Shown here piece by piece: positions 55,007 to 64,000 of a DNA stretch of 64,000 nucleotides. Every line of letters begins with the position of its first letter. The first letter of the stretch is position 1. The notes under the pieces are model-generated. The model was not told the origin of the DNA. It saw only the letters and a program-made list of their open reading frames with translations, and made no database searches. The position numbers and the translations under genes were made by a program. The DNA lies in the NCBI GenBank assembly GCA_965200315.1, contig OZ241362.1:224001-288000 (forward strand), read 5' to 3'. Origin of the DNA: Candidatus Latescibacterota bacterium (GTDB lineage: Bacteria; Latescibacterota; UBA2968; UBA8231).

Positions 55007-57010
55007 GGGATGCTTTAGAAATGATCACTTGAGCAATAGGAGCTGGCGGGTCGCGACAAAGTCGCCAGCCAATAGCTGATAAAGATATGCGCCGCTGGCC
55101 ACTGGCTCACCGCGCTCGTTGCGACCGTCCCATTGCCGGCGGTGGTATCCGGCGGGCAGGGTATCGCTGATTAGGGTGCATACGCGCTGGCCGCTAATGC
55201 TGTAAATGGACAATTCGACTAAGGAGGTGAGGGCGAGTTGGAAGGTAATGGTGGTGCTTGCGTTAAAGGGGTTAGGAAAGTTCTGCGCCAGCGCAAACTC
55301 CTCGGGTACAACGCCTGCGGCTTCGGCAACTGTCGGTTCGGTTGCGTCCAGTGGTAAGGTGATTTCCCACAGCCCTCGCCCGCCGCCCCACTCGATGACG
55401 TACATGCGATTGCCGATGATCTCCGCGTCAATGGGGTTGGAAAACCCGCCGACGATGCGGGTGACGTGTGCCTCGTAGGTGTCGCCGACTTTGGCTAAGT
55501 CGAGGTGCAGCAGATCTTCACTGGGGTCGTTAAACGGGCCGGCAACGTCATCGCCGTCGGGATCGCCCTCGGTCCAGCTAAGCACGAATCCGTCGCCTTG
55601 GAATGGTTCGGCGAGCGCATGCTCTGCGTCGAACACCAGCCCCAAGGGGGAACGATGCGCGGTGAAGGTGCCGAAGCGCACGCCCTCTTCGCTGGCATCT
55701 TTGATTTGGCCGTCGGCGGGGTCGCGGTAGGCGTCGGCATCCGGGCCGAGGTTGATCACCGGCTCGGTGAAGTCGCGTGGTGGCGGTGGGTACGTGGGAT
55801 CGTTGTGGTAGTAGCCTTCGCGCACGGCCGTGAAGCGGGCGGGGAGGAGGAAGTCGCTGGCTGGGTCGTAGTCGGGGAATTGCTGTGGGGTGTCTTCGAG
55901 ACCCATGCGCCAGGGGAAGCCGTAGTGATGGCCTTCGCGCAGCCAGTTGAGTTCCTCGGCCATGTCGCGGTCGGGGCCGTTTTCCGTGGCGAAGAGGTCG
56001 CCGTTGGGCGCGAAGGCGAGGTCGTAGGCATTGCGCAGGCCCTCGGCATAGAGGAAGCCTTGGGCGCGGAGCGCGTCGCGGTCGTTGGGTAGCACGAGGT
56101 CGCGGGCGTCGGTCGGGACTCGCAAGACGATAGCCGTGAGCGCGGTTTCGCGCAGATCGGGGAACTGTCTGTTGCCGTCTTGTATTTCGCCGTGATCGGT
56201 GCGCGAGCCGCTGTTGATAAAAAGCGAGCGGTTGTCCGGGCTGACGACTAGCCCGTTGACATCGTGGTTGAAGATGCAGTCGCACCGCTCATAGGGTGCG
56301 GTTTCTGCGAGGGTGAAAAAGGTGCGCTCGCCGCTGCTCGGATCGACTTCGCCCTTGGTGATGGTGGCGATGTTGTAGCTCGATAGGTCGATGCGTTTGA
56401 GGACGTAAAAGGTGCCGTCGGCGTCGATAAACAGGGCACTGGGGCGACTAAAGCCGTGATCCGCGGCCGTGTATACTGTGCCCTTGGGCACGAGGGTAAT
56501 GTCGCCGTTGGTCTTGAGTGCATAGCGGGTATTGGTCGTAGGATCGCGGCCGAGGCTGGTGGCGGCGAGGATGTCGTCGATGGGAATATCACCGGGCAAG
56601 TTGTCCGGGTCGAGTTGTTCCCACTTCCGCTCGCCGGTGTCGGCGTCGAGCAAAATGCCGCTGGCGAGGGCAAAATGGCCGCTGTCGCGGGGGCCGCGGC
56701 GATTGGATGCCAAGTAAAACGAGCCGTCCGGCCCGATAGCAAAGCCTGTGAAGCCGCTGCGGATGCCATGATCGTCTCTGGAATATGCCGGCGTGTGCGT
56801 GGCCGCCGCTAGGTCGATGCGATCAATTGCGCCATTTTGCCGCAAGATGTAGAGCTCGTTGGTACGCGGATCCTTGGCGATGCGCACCGTTCCTCGGGGG
56901 ACGTTGAGGGTGTGGCGGATTTCGATGTCGTCGCGAGTGGCTTGTGGGTCGGCATAGGCTATAGAGCAAAGGGCAGCGAGGACAGCGAATGAGAGGTAAT
57001 GGGCGAACAT
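53350..57010 (-). repeat. Tandem gene duplication: ~1.65 kb shared between 53350-55006 and 55355-57010
   Basis: Long identical nucleotide stretches, e.g. gcgtggtggcggtgggtacgtgggatcgttgtggtagtagccttcgcgcac at ~53770 and ~55775. Confidence 0.9.
55025..57010 (-). CDS. PQQ-dependent sugar dehydrogenase-like protein plus T9SS type A-like CTD
   Basis: Same GSDH motifs as the neighbour, no CxxCH; LAQNFPNPFN...LLLLK. Confidence 0.87.
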   Translation of the reverse strand: MFAHYLSFAVLAALCSIAYADPQATRDDIEIRHTLNVPRGTVRIAKDPRTNELYILRQNGAIDRIDLAAATHTPAYSRDDHGIRSGFTGFAIGPDGSFYLASNRRGPRDSGHFALASGILLDADTGERKWEQLDPDNLPGDIPIDDILAATSLGRDPTTNTRYALKTNGDITLVPKGTVYTAADHGFSRPSALFIDADGTFYVLKRIDLSSYNIATITKGEVDPSSGERTFFTLAETAPYERCDCIFNHDVNGLVVSPDNRSLFINSGSRTDHGEIQDGNRQFPDLRETALTAIVLRVPTDARDLVLPNDRDALRAQGFLYAEGLRNAYDLAFAPNGDLFATENGPDRDMAEELNWLREGHHYGFPWRMGLEDTPQQFPDYDPASDFLLPARFTAVREGYYHNDPTYPPPPRDFTEPVINLGPDADAYRDPADGQIKDASEEGVRFGTFTAHRSPLGLVFDAEHALAEPFQGDGFVLSWTEGDPDGDDVAGPFNDPSEDLLHLDLAKVGDTYEAHVTRIVGGFSNPIDAEIIGNRMYVIEWGGGRGLWEITLPLDATEPTVAEAAGVVPEEFALAQNFPNPFNASTTITFQLALTSLVELSIYSISGQRVCTLISDTLPAGYHRRQWDGRNERGEPVASGAYLYQLLAGDFVATRQLLLLK

Positions 57011-57035
57011 GGGGTCCTTTCAGAGGAAGAGTGGG

Positions 57036-57413
57036 TCAGGGCCGAAAGATTTTTAGATTGAGTTCGTTGATTTCGCGGTAGGGTTTTCTATTGGCTGTAC
57101 AAAGTGTTAAATGATGTTCAATAGCGGTTGCGGCAATCAAGGCATCGGCCAGATACAGTGCTGTCTTAAGGGCGTATTCTTCCATATATACAGACGCTCG
57201 ATGGCCAATGTTTTCAGTGAGAGGTACAGTCTGAAAGGCGTGATCCGTGAGAAAATTCTTGATCTTTTTCAGCTCCTGCCGATTTCTCGCACCCTCGATA
57301 AATTCCATGTACGTAACAATTGATATCTGACGATCAGCGATGCTGTCAACGAGGTTTGCAGCCCCTTCATGGCCTCTGAAAACCCATATCACAACATCGG
57401 TATCAAAAATCAT
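57036..57413 (-). CDS. vapC: VapC-family PIN toxin
   Basis: MIFDTDV, YMEF, LADALIAATA and TAN motifs. Confidence 0.88.
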   Translation of the reverse strand: MIFDTDVVIWVFRGHEGAANLVDSIADRQISIVTYMEFIEGARNRQELKKIKNFLTDHAFQTVPLTENIGHRASVYMEEYALKTALYLADALIAATAIEHHLTLCTANRKPYREINELNLKIFRP

Positions 57414-57648
57414 TCAAGCGGCCTTTTCGCAAACTGCGGACGCAAGCATCGACATCGGTCATATCTTTTCTGTCTCGCCACAGACCAAAAGCCTCATGGT
57501 CTTTTACTGATTTGTTTGTTCGCTGTCGGCTGGGAGACAGGATGGCTTTTTCCTTGCCGCGGTAAAAAATGGTGACCGATTCGTTGCGGTCGAGCGCGAG
57601 CAAAACATCTTTCATACGTCGTCTTAAGTCGAGAATAGATGCTTTCAC
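57403..57648 (-). CDS. Type II antitoxin (Phd/YefM-like)
   Basis: DLRRRMKDVL..ESVTIFYRGKEKAIL; upstream of and overlapping vapC; RBS AAGGAGG. Confidence 0.82.
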   Translation of the reverse strand: MKASILDLRRRMKDVLLALDRNESVTIFYRGKEKAILSPSRQRTNKSVKDHEAFGLWRDRKDMTDVDACVRSLRKGRLNDF

Positions 57649-57750
57649 AATGCCTCCTTTCAGCGAGCGTGGATTTCCGCGTTTGAATGCTTACAACCCG
57701 ATAGTCGAGTATCTGTAACTTTTGCCTAACAGGTTATTAGCAGGTTTATA

Positions 57751-59132
<1,382 letters not shown>

Positions 59133-59136
<4 letters not shown>

Positions 59137-60452
59137 TGGCGCGCTCCAAAAGTTAGCTCTTCGCGGGCTTGTTCAATCTGCACGTCCACCAACTCGTTGG
59201 GCACGGGCGGGCCGGCGAAAAGGACCTTGACGTAGTTATCGCTCAAGCCGACCTGCAAGCCGGTGGCTGAGTCTGAACGCCCTTCGGAGAGGACTTGGAG
59301 CGAGCGGCCGACAAAGCGCTGATGAAAGGCGAGTCGCTTGGCTGCGCCGAGGCCGATGAGTGCTTGGGTGCGCTCCTTTTTGATTGCGGTGTCTTGGTGT
59401 TCGGGCAGGTGCTCAGCCGGGGTGCCTGCCCGCTGGGAGTACGGAAAGACGTGGAGGTACGTCAGCGGCAGGTCGGCCAACAAGGCGCGGGTGTGGGCAA
59501 AATGCGCGTCGGTTTCCCCGGGGAAGCCGACCATGACATCGGCACCAATGGCGCAGTCAGGGATGCGGCTGGCGATTCGCTCGATCCGCTCGGCGTAATA
59601 GGCGCGGGTGTAGCGCCGCCCCATGCGCTTGAGAATGTGGTCGTCGCCGCTTTGCAAGGGCACGTGGAAGTGGCGGCAGATCGCTGAGGAAGCCGCGGCT
59701 TGGTCGATTAGTGCGTCGGTGACGTAACCCGGCTCAATGGAATTGAGGCGAATGCGCACCAAGCCATCGATTTGCTCCAGCGCGGCGAGCAACTCGACGA
59801 GAGCTTTGGGCTGGCCTTGGTCGAACCCGTAGCGGCCGGTGTGGACGCCGGTCAGGGCGAGCTCCCGGTAGCCGGCCGCGACCATGCCCCGGGCTTGGGC
59901 GACGACTTCGGCGGCTGGGCGGCTCGCGCTGCGACCGCGCACCGCCGGGATGATGCAGTAGGTGCAGTGTTCGTCGCAGCCGTCTTGGATTTGCAGGCTG
60001 CCGCGGGTGCGGCCTTGGGGCACTGCGCCGTCAATGGCGAGAAATTGCTCCGTGCGCGGCCTCGTTGCTGAGGGCGCGGGGATCTCAGTACCCGCCAGAT
60101 GTGCTTCGAGCAGCTCGACGAGCTGGACCTTCTGGCCGTTGCCCACGACCAAGTCGGCACCGGCCGCTGTGAGATCGGCAGGCCGTCGCTGGGCATAACA
60201 GCCGGTGGCGACGACCTCTGCGCTTGGATTGCGCCGCCGGGCGCGGCGCACGGCTTTGCGCGAGTCCGCATCGCCCGCGCCGGTTACCGTGCAGGTATTG
60301 ACCACGTACACGTCGGCCTCAGAGCCGAAGGGCACGATTGAATAGCCGCGCTCAGCTAGGCGGTGGGCGAGGGCTTCTACTTCGTAGGCATTGAGCTTGC
60401 AACCCACATTCTGTAGGGCCACGCGTGCGTTTGCGGATGTTGGAGTGCCCAT
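59133..60452 (-). CDS. mtaB: tRNA t6A methylthiotransferase MtaB
   Basis: GCKLN, NTCTVT, TGCYAQ, IQDGCDEHCTYC, LTGVH and HVFPYS motifs. Confidence 0.92.
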
Positions 60453-60530
60453 AAGTCGCGCAAGGAAAACGAGATAAACAATAGAAGCTATAAAAATTAA
60501 AGATCGGCCCTCTCTGGGGCAATGGGCCGC

Positions 60531-62741
60531 TCAGGCGGGTTCGAGCTGGGTGTAGGCGACGGCGATGCGTTTGGTCCTCGTCCCAAAGCGGATGGAGAGC
60601 TTCATCTTTTCGCCGTGTCCTTCGCGGCTGACGATCTGGCCGCGCCCCCATTGGGGGTGGCGCACCCACTGGCCAACGGCGAGGAAGTCGTCTTGGGCAA
60701 CTAACTCGTCGAAACCGGGCGTTTGCTCGGCGTCCCACTCGTAGTGGACCCCTTGGGGTGCCTTTTTGCGGGGCGGCGGGCCGACGCGCTGCCGCGAGCG
60801 GGCAAAGCCGCGGTCCAATTCGTAGGTCTGGGTCGTCAGCTCGGCGGGGATTTCGCTTAAAAACCGCGAGGGCTCGGTTGCGAGTAGTGAGCCGTACGCA
60901 TAGCGGCGCAGGGCATAGGTGAGACTGAGCTGCTCTTGCGCACGGGTCATGCCCACGTAGCAGAGGCGGCGCTCCTCTTCAATGGCTTGGGGATCGCCGA
61001 CGGCCCGCGCCGTGGGAAAGAGGTTTTCTTCGAGCCCGCAGACAAAAACCAAGGGGAACTCTAGGCCCTTGGCGCTGTGCAGGGTCATCAAGGTAACGGC
61101 GTTGCCATTGCTGTCGTTTTCGTCCGCCGAGGTCAGCAGCGACTTTTCTTCGAGATAGGTCGCCAAAGTTGAGTCTGGGTTCTCGTCTGCGTATTCGGTC
61201 ATCTCGGCCAGTAACTGGTCGAGATTCTGCAAGCGTGCCTCGGCTTCCGGGGTGTTTTCAGCCGCGAGCATGGCGCGGTATCCACTCTTTTCGACGACGG
61301 CAAGGCCCAGTTCGGGCAGGGAGCGTGCCTCGGCAGCGGCCATCAGCTCGCCGAGCAGGGCGGCGAAGGCCGTGAAGCTCTTTTGTGCGCGGCCGCTGAG
61401 GTTGGGCACATCGTCGAGGTGCTCAAGAGCCGTGGAAAGGCTCCAGCCTTGGGCTTGGGCAAAAGTCTGCAAGCGGTCGAGGGAGGTATCGCCAATGCCG
61501 CGACGGGGTGTATTGATGATGCGGCGCAGGGCAATGTCGTCGGCCGGGTTGACCAACAGGCGCAAATAGGACAGCACGTCGCGGATTTCGCGGCGGTCGT
61601 AAAAGCGGATGCCCCCGACGATTACATAGGGGAGACCAGCACGCTGTAACTCCTCTTCAAAGGGCCGCGACTGGGCGTTGGTGCGGTAGAGCACCGCGGC
61701 GTCCCTGAGGCCGTAACGTCCCAAGCGGTCGTAGCGGCGGATGGCATCGACGACGTGGCGAGCCTCGCGGCGGTCCGAGTCGCATTCGACGACCGCTATC
61801 GGGTCGCCCTCGGGGCCGTCCGTCCACAGCTCTTTGCCCTTGCGGCCTTGGTTGTGGCTGATGACGGCGTTGGCTGCGGCGAGGATGCGGCCGGTGGAAC
61901 GGTAGTTTTGCTCTAGCCGCACTAGGCGGGCGTCTGGATAGTCGCGCTCAAAGTCGAGGATGTTGCGGATGTCGGCTCCGCGGAATTGGTAAATCGACTG
62001 GTCGTCATCCCCGACCACGCAGATGTTGCGGTGGTGAGCTGCTAATTGGCGGCAGAGCAAGTACTGGGGCCGGTTGGTGTCTTGGTATTCATCGACGAGC
62101 AGGTGCTCAAAGCGCTCTTGGTAGGTTTGCAGAATGTCCGGGCAGCGCTCAAACTGGCGCACGACCTCAAGGAGCAAGTCGTCGAAATCAAGGGCTTGGT
62201 TGCGACGCAGTTCGCGCTCGTAGTCGGCGTAGAGTTCGGCGATTTGTCGCTGGTGCTCGTTTGCTTGGTGCGCGAATTCCAACGGGTCGAGCATGGCGTT
62301 CTTGGCGCGGCTGATCTGGCTGACGACCGCGCGCGGCGCGAGCTCGCGCTCGTCGATTTGGTGGGCATCAAGGACGCGGCGGATGGTGGCGCGGCGGTCG
62401 TCTTCGTCGTAGATGGAGAAGTTGGGATCTAGACCAAACCCCTCGGCTTGGTGGCGCAGGATGCGCGCACAGATCGAGTGGAAGGTGCCGATCCACAGAT
62501 CGGTGGCCGCCGGCCCGACTAACTGCTCGATGCGCTCGCGCATTTCGCCCGCTGCCTTGTTGGTAAAGGTGGCGGCGAGGATGCGCCACGGGGGCACACC
62601 GACTTCTTTGATGAGGAAAGCGATGCGATGGGTGAGTACGCGAGTCTTGCCCGAGCCGGCCCCGGCGAGGATCAACAGCGGGCCGCCCGTGGCCTCGGCG
62701 GCGCGGCGTTGCGCAGGATTGAGGGCGTCTAGTATGGACAT
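60531..62741 (-). CDS. pcrA: ATP-dependent DNA helicase PcrA/UvrD
   Basis: AGAGSGKT, TFTNKAA, DEYQD, VGDDDQSIY, LEQNYRS, HSAKGLEF and EERRL motifs; C-terminal VRHP.WG.G Tudor-like domain. Confidence 0.95.
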   Translation of the reverse strand: MSILDALNPAQRRAAEATGGPLLILAGAGSGKTRVLTHRIAFLIKEVGVPPWRILAATFTNKAAGEMRERIEQLVGPAATDLWIGTFHSICARILRHQAEGFGLDPNFSIYDEDDRRATIRRVLDAHQIDERELAPRAVVSQISRAKNAMLDPLEFAHQANEHQRQIAELYADYERELRRNQALDFDDLLLEVVRQFERCPDILQTYQERFEHLLVDEYQDTNRPQYLLCRQLAAHHRNICVVGDDDQSIYQFRGADIRNILDFERDYPDARLVRLEQNYRSTGRILAAANAVISHNQGRKGKELWTDGPEGDPIAVVECDSDRREARHVVDAIRRYDRLGRYGLRDAAVLYRTNAQSRPFEEELQRAGLPYVIVGGIRFYDRREIRDVLSYLRLLVNPADDIALRRIINTPRRGIGDTSLDRLQTFAQAQGWSLSTALEHLDDVPNLSGRAQKSFTAFAALLGELMAAAEARSLPELGLAVVEKSGYRAMLAAENTPEAEARLQNLDQLLAEMTEYADENPDSTLATYLEEKSLLTSADENDSNGNAVTLMTLHSAKGLEFPLVFVCGLEENLFPTARAVGDPQAIEEERRLCYVGMTRAQEQLSLTYALRRYAYGSLLATEPSRFLSEIPAELTTQTYELDRGFARSRQRVGPPPRKKAPQGVHYEWDAEQTPGFDELVAQDDFLAVGQWVRHPQWGRGQIVSREGHGEKMKLSIRFGTRTKRIAVAYTQLEPA

Positions 62742-62743
62742 CC

Positions 62744-63775
62744 TCAGTTTATCTGCATGCGCTGGGCTATCTTGATCCGGCGCTTGGCACGCTCGTGTTC
62801 TTTGTTGGTACGGCTGAAAACGTGGGTGCCGTCGCCGCGGGCGACGAAGTAGAGATACTCGGTTTCCACGGGATAGATCACGGCGAGGAGGGCCGTGCGG
62901 CCGGGGTTGCTGATGGGACCGGGGGGTAGGCCGTGGTGGCGATACGTATTAAAGGGCGAATCCACCTCCAAGTCGGCGTAGGTCAGCCGTTTCTTGTTCA
63001 CGCCGAGAGCGTAGTTGACCGTCGCACAGGATTCGAGGCGGCGGTTGAGCTTGAGACGGCGCTGGAAGACACCGGAGATAATGGGCTGCTCTTCAACGGC
63101 TACAGCTTCGCGCTCGACGATCGAGGCCAACGTCACAGCTTGGTGCAGCGACAGGCCGCGCCCCTTGAGCTGCTGGCGCAGGGAATCGGCGAATACGCGG
63201 TGGAACTGGCCGACCATGAGGGAGGCGATGGCTCGTTCATCGGCGTTTAGGTCGAAGAAGTACGTCTCGGGGAAGAGGTAGCCTTCGAGGGAGGCCGCGG
63301 CCACGCCGAGCTGGCGGATGAAGTGCGAATCTTCGGTGACGGCGATAAAGCGGGCCGAGTCCGCCACGCCTGCGGCTTGGAGTTGGCCCGCGATCTGGTG
63401 GCGATTTAGGCCTTCGGGAATCGTCGCCGGCTGGGTTTGGATGGGGGCCTTGAGCAGGGATTGGGCAATAGCGGCTGTAGTGCCGGTGCCGTCGAGCTTA
63501 TAGGTGCCCGCTTTGAGCTGATGACCGAGGCCCTTGAGCCGGACGGTCCAGGCAAAGACGTGTGCGCTATGGATCAAGTTTTCCCGCTCTAGCAACTGGC
63601 CGATCCAGCGGGCACTCGCGCCTTGGGGGATGTGAATAAGGTGCGCCGGGTATTCGTAGGTAGGTTGGTTCAAATACCACAACGCCCCAAGCGGTAACGC
63701 CGCCCCTACCAGCGCGAGTGCCGCGCCGAGTAGGAGCGTGCGGTACCAACGCGCAAACTTGGCTTGAGTTGACAT
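62744..63775 (-). CDS. mltG: Endolytic transglycosylase MltG
   Basis: N-terminal TM; TIPEG, LEGYLFPETY, LASIVERE, SPFNTY..GLPPGPISNPG and YLYFV motifs. Confidence 0.95.
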   Translation of the reverse strand: MSTQAKFARWYRTLLLGAALALVGAALPLGALWYLNQPTYEYPAHLIHIPQGASARWIGQLLERENLIHSAHVFAWTVRLKGLGHQLKAGTYKLDGTGTTAAIAQSLLKAPIQTQPATIPEGLNRHQIAGQLQAAGVADSARFIAVTEDSHFIRQLGVAAASLEGYLFPETYFFDLNADERAIASLMVGQFHRVFADSLRQQLKGRGLSLHQAVTLASIVEREAVAVEEQPIISGVFQRRLKLNRRLESCATVNYALGVNKKRLTYADLEVDSPFNTYRHHGLPPGPISNPGRTALLAVIYPVETEYLYFVARGDGTHVFSRTNKEHERAKRRIKIAQRMQIN

Positions 63776-63908
63776 ACTATTTGGTCTTATCTAAAAGAAG
63801 TGATTTGGGTGTGCCGGCTTCGCGCCCATGCCGGAAGACGCGGGCTGCGAACCTACTAGTACAAAAATATGAATCGGGAATTGTTTTACAACCAAGGCTG
63901 ACATCGCA

Positions 63909-63937
63909 AATTTATTAGAAAAGGCCGCGAGTGTCAA
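63909..63937 (-). promoter_or_regulatory. Sigma-70 promoter of the mltG-pcrA operon
   Basis: Minus strand TTGACA-N17-TAAATT. Confidence 0.55.
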
Positions 63938-63951
63938 TCTACATCGCTTTC

Positions 63952-63980
63952 TTGACGCTAGCAGGAAATCCGGCTAATTT
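63952..63980 (+). promoter_or_regulatory. Divergent sigma-70 promoter for an off-window gene
   Basis: TTGACG-N17-TAATTT. Confidence 0.45.
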
Positions 63981-64000
63981 CCCCATTTTTTTATCTTGCT

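Overview
GC-rich bacterial chromosomal window. Taxon is inferred, not proven: secreted proteins with FlgD/T9SS-like C-terminal domains, a C-terminal 'SWGRIK' motif and many CRTAC1/TPR proteins suggest an FCB-superphylum lineage such as Latescibacterota. In order: the 5' end of groES behind a consensus sigma-54 promoter; two SDRs and an MBL hydrolase; a nucleotide-sugar operon (GHMP kinase, nucleotidyltransferase, epimerase) divergent from SGNH, YfhO and DUF2723 (GT-C-like) genes; a type II R-M pair (SPPY MTase plus XcyI-like REase); PTS EIIA; a split helicase-nuclease trio (dead SF1 helicase, active SF1 helicase, stand-alone 4-Cys PD-(D/E)XK nuclease) interrupted by a frameshifted triheme cytochrome c and a NYN gene; an atypical sugar ABC transporter; a divergent ~24 kb cell-envelope cluster (CBM9-like protein, lipoprotein, four paralogous secreted proteins ending in PN(G/D)DGxND...[VI]AY, an 876-aa putative outer-membrane beta-barrel, TPR lipoproteins, CRTAC1/ASPIC proteins, a double-parvulin PPIase and a His-motif membrane-TPR fusion); a third CRTAC1 gene; two tandem PQQ-type sugar dehydrogenase paralogs, one fused to a diheme cytochrome; a vapBC-type TA pair; and miaB, mtaB, pcrA, mltG. 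Best candidates for undescribed systems are the envelope cluster (26096-49832) and the tripartite AddAB/AdnAB-like resectase (14944-21520). Manual reading also found the groES start and an amber-interrupted HTH antitoxin gene (both absent from the ORF track) and joined the cytochrome across an A7 run. I saw no CRISPR array, rRNA, tRNA or IS element.
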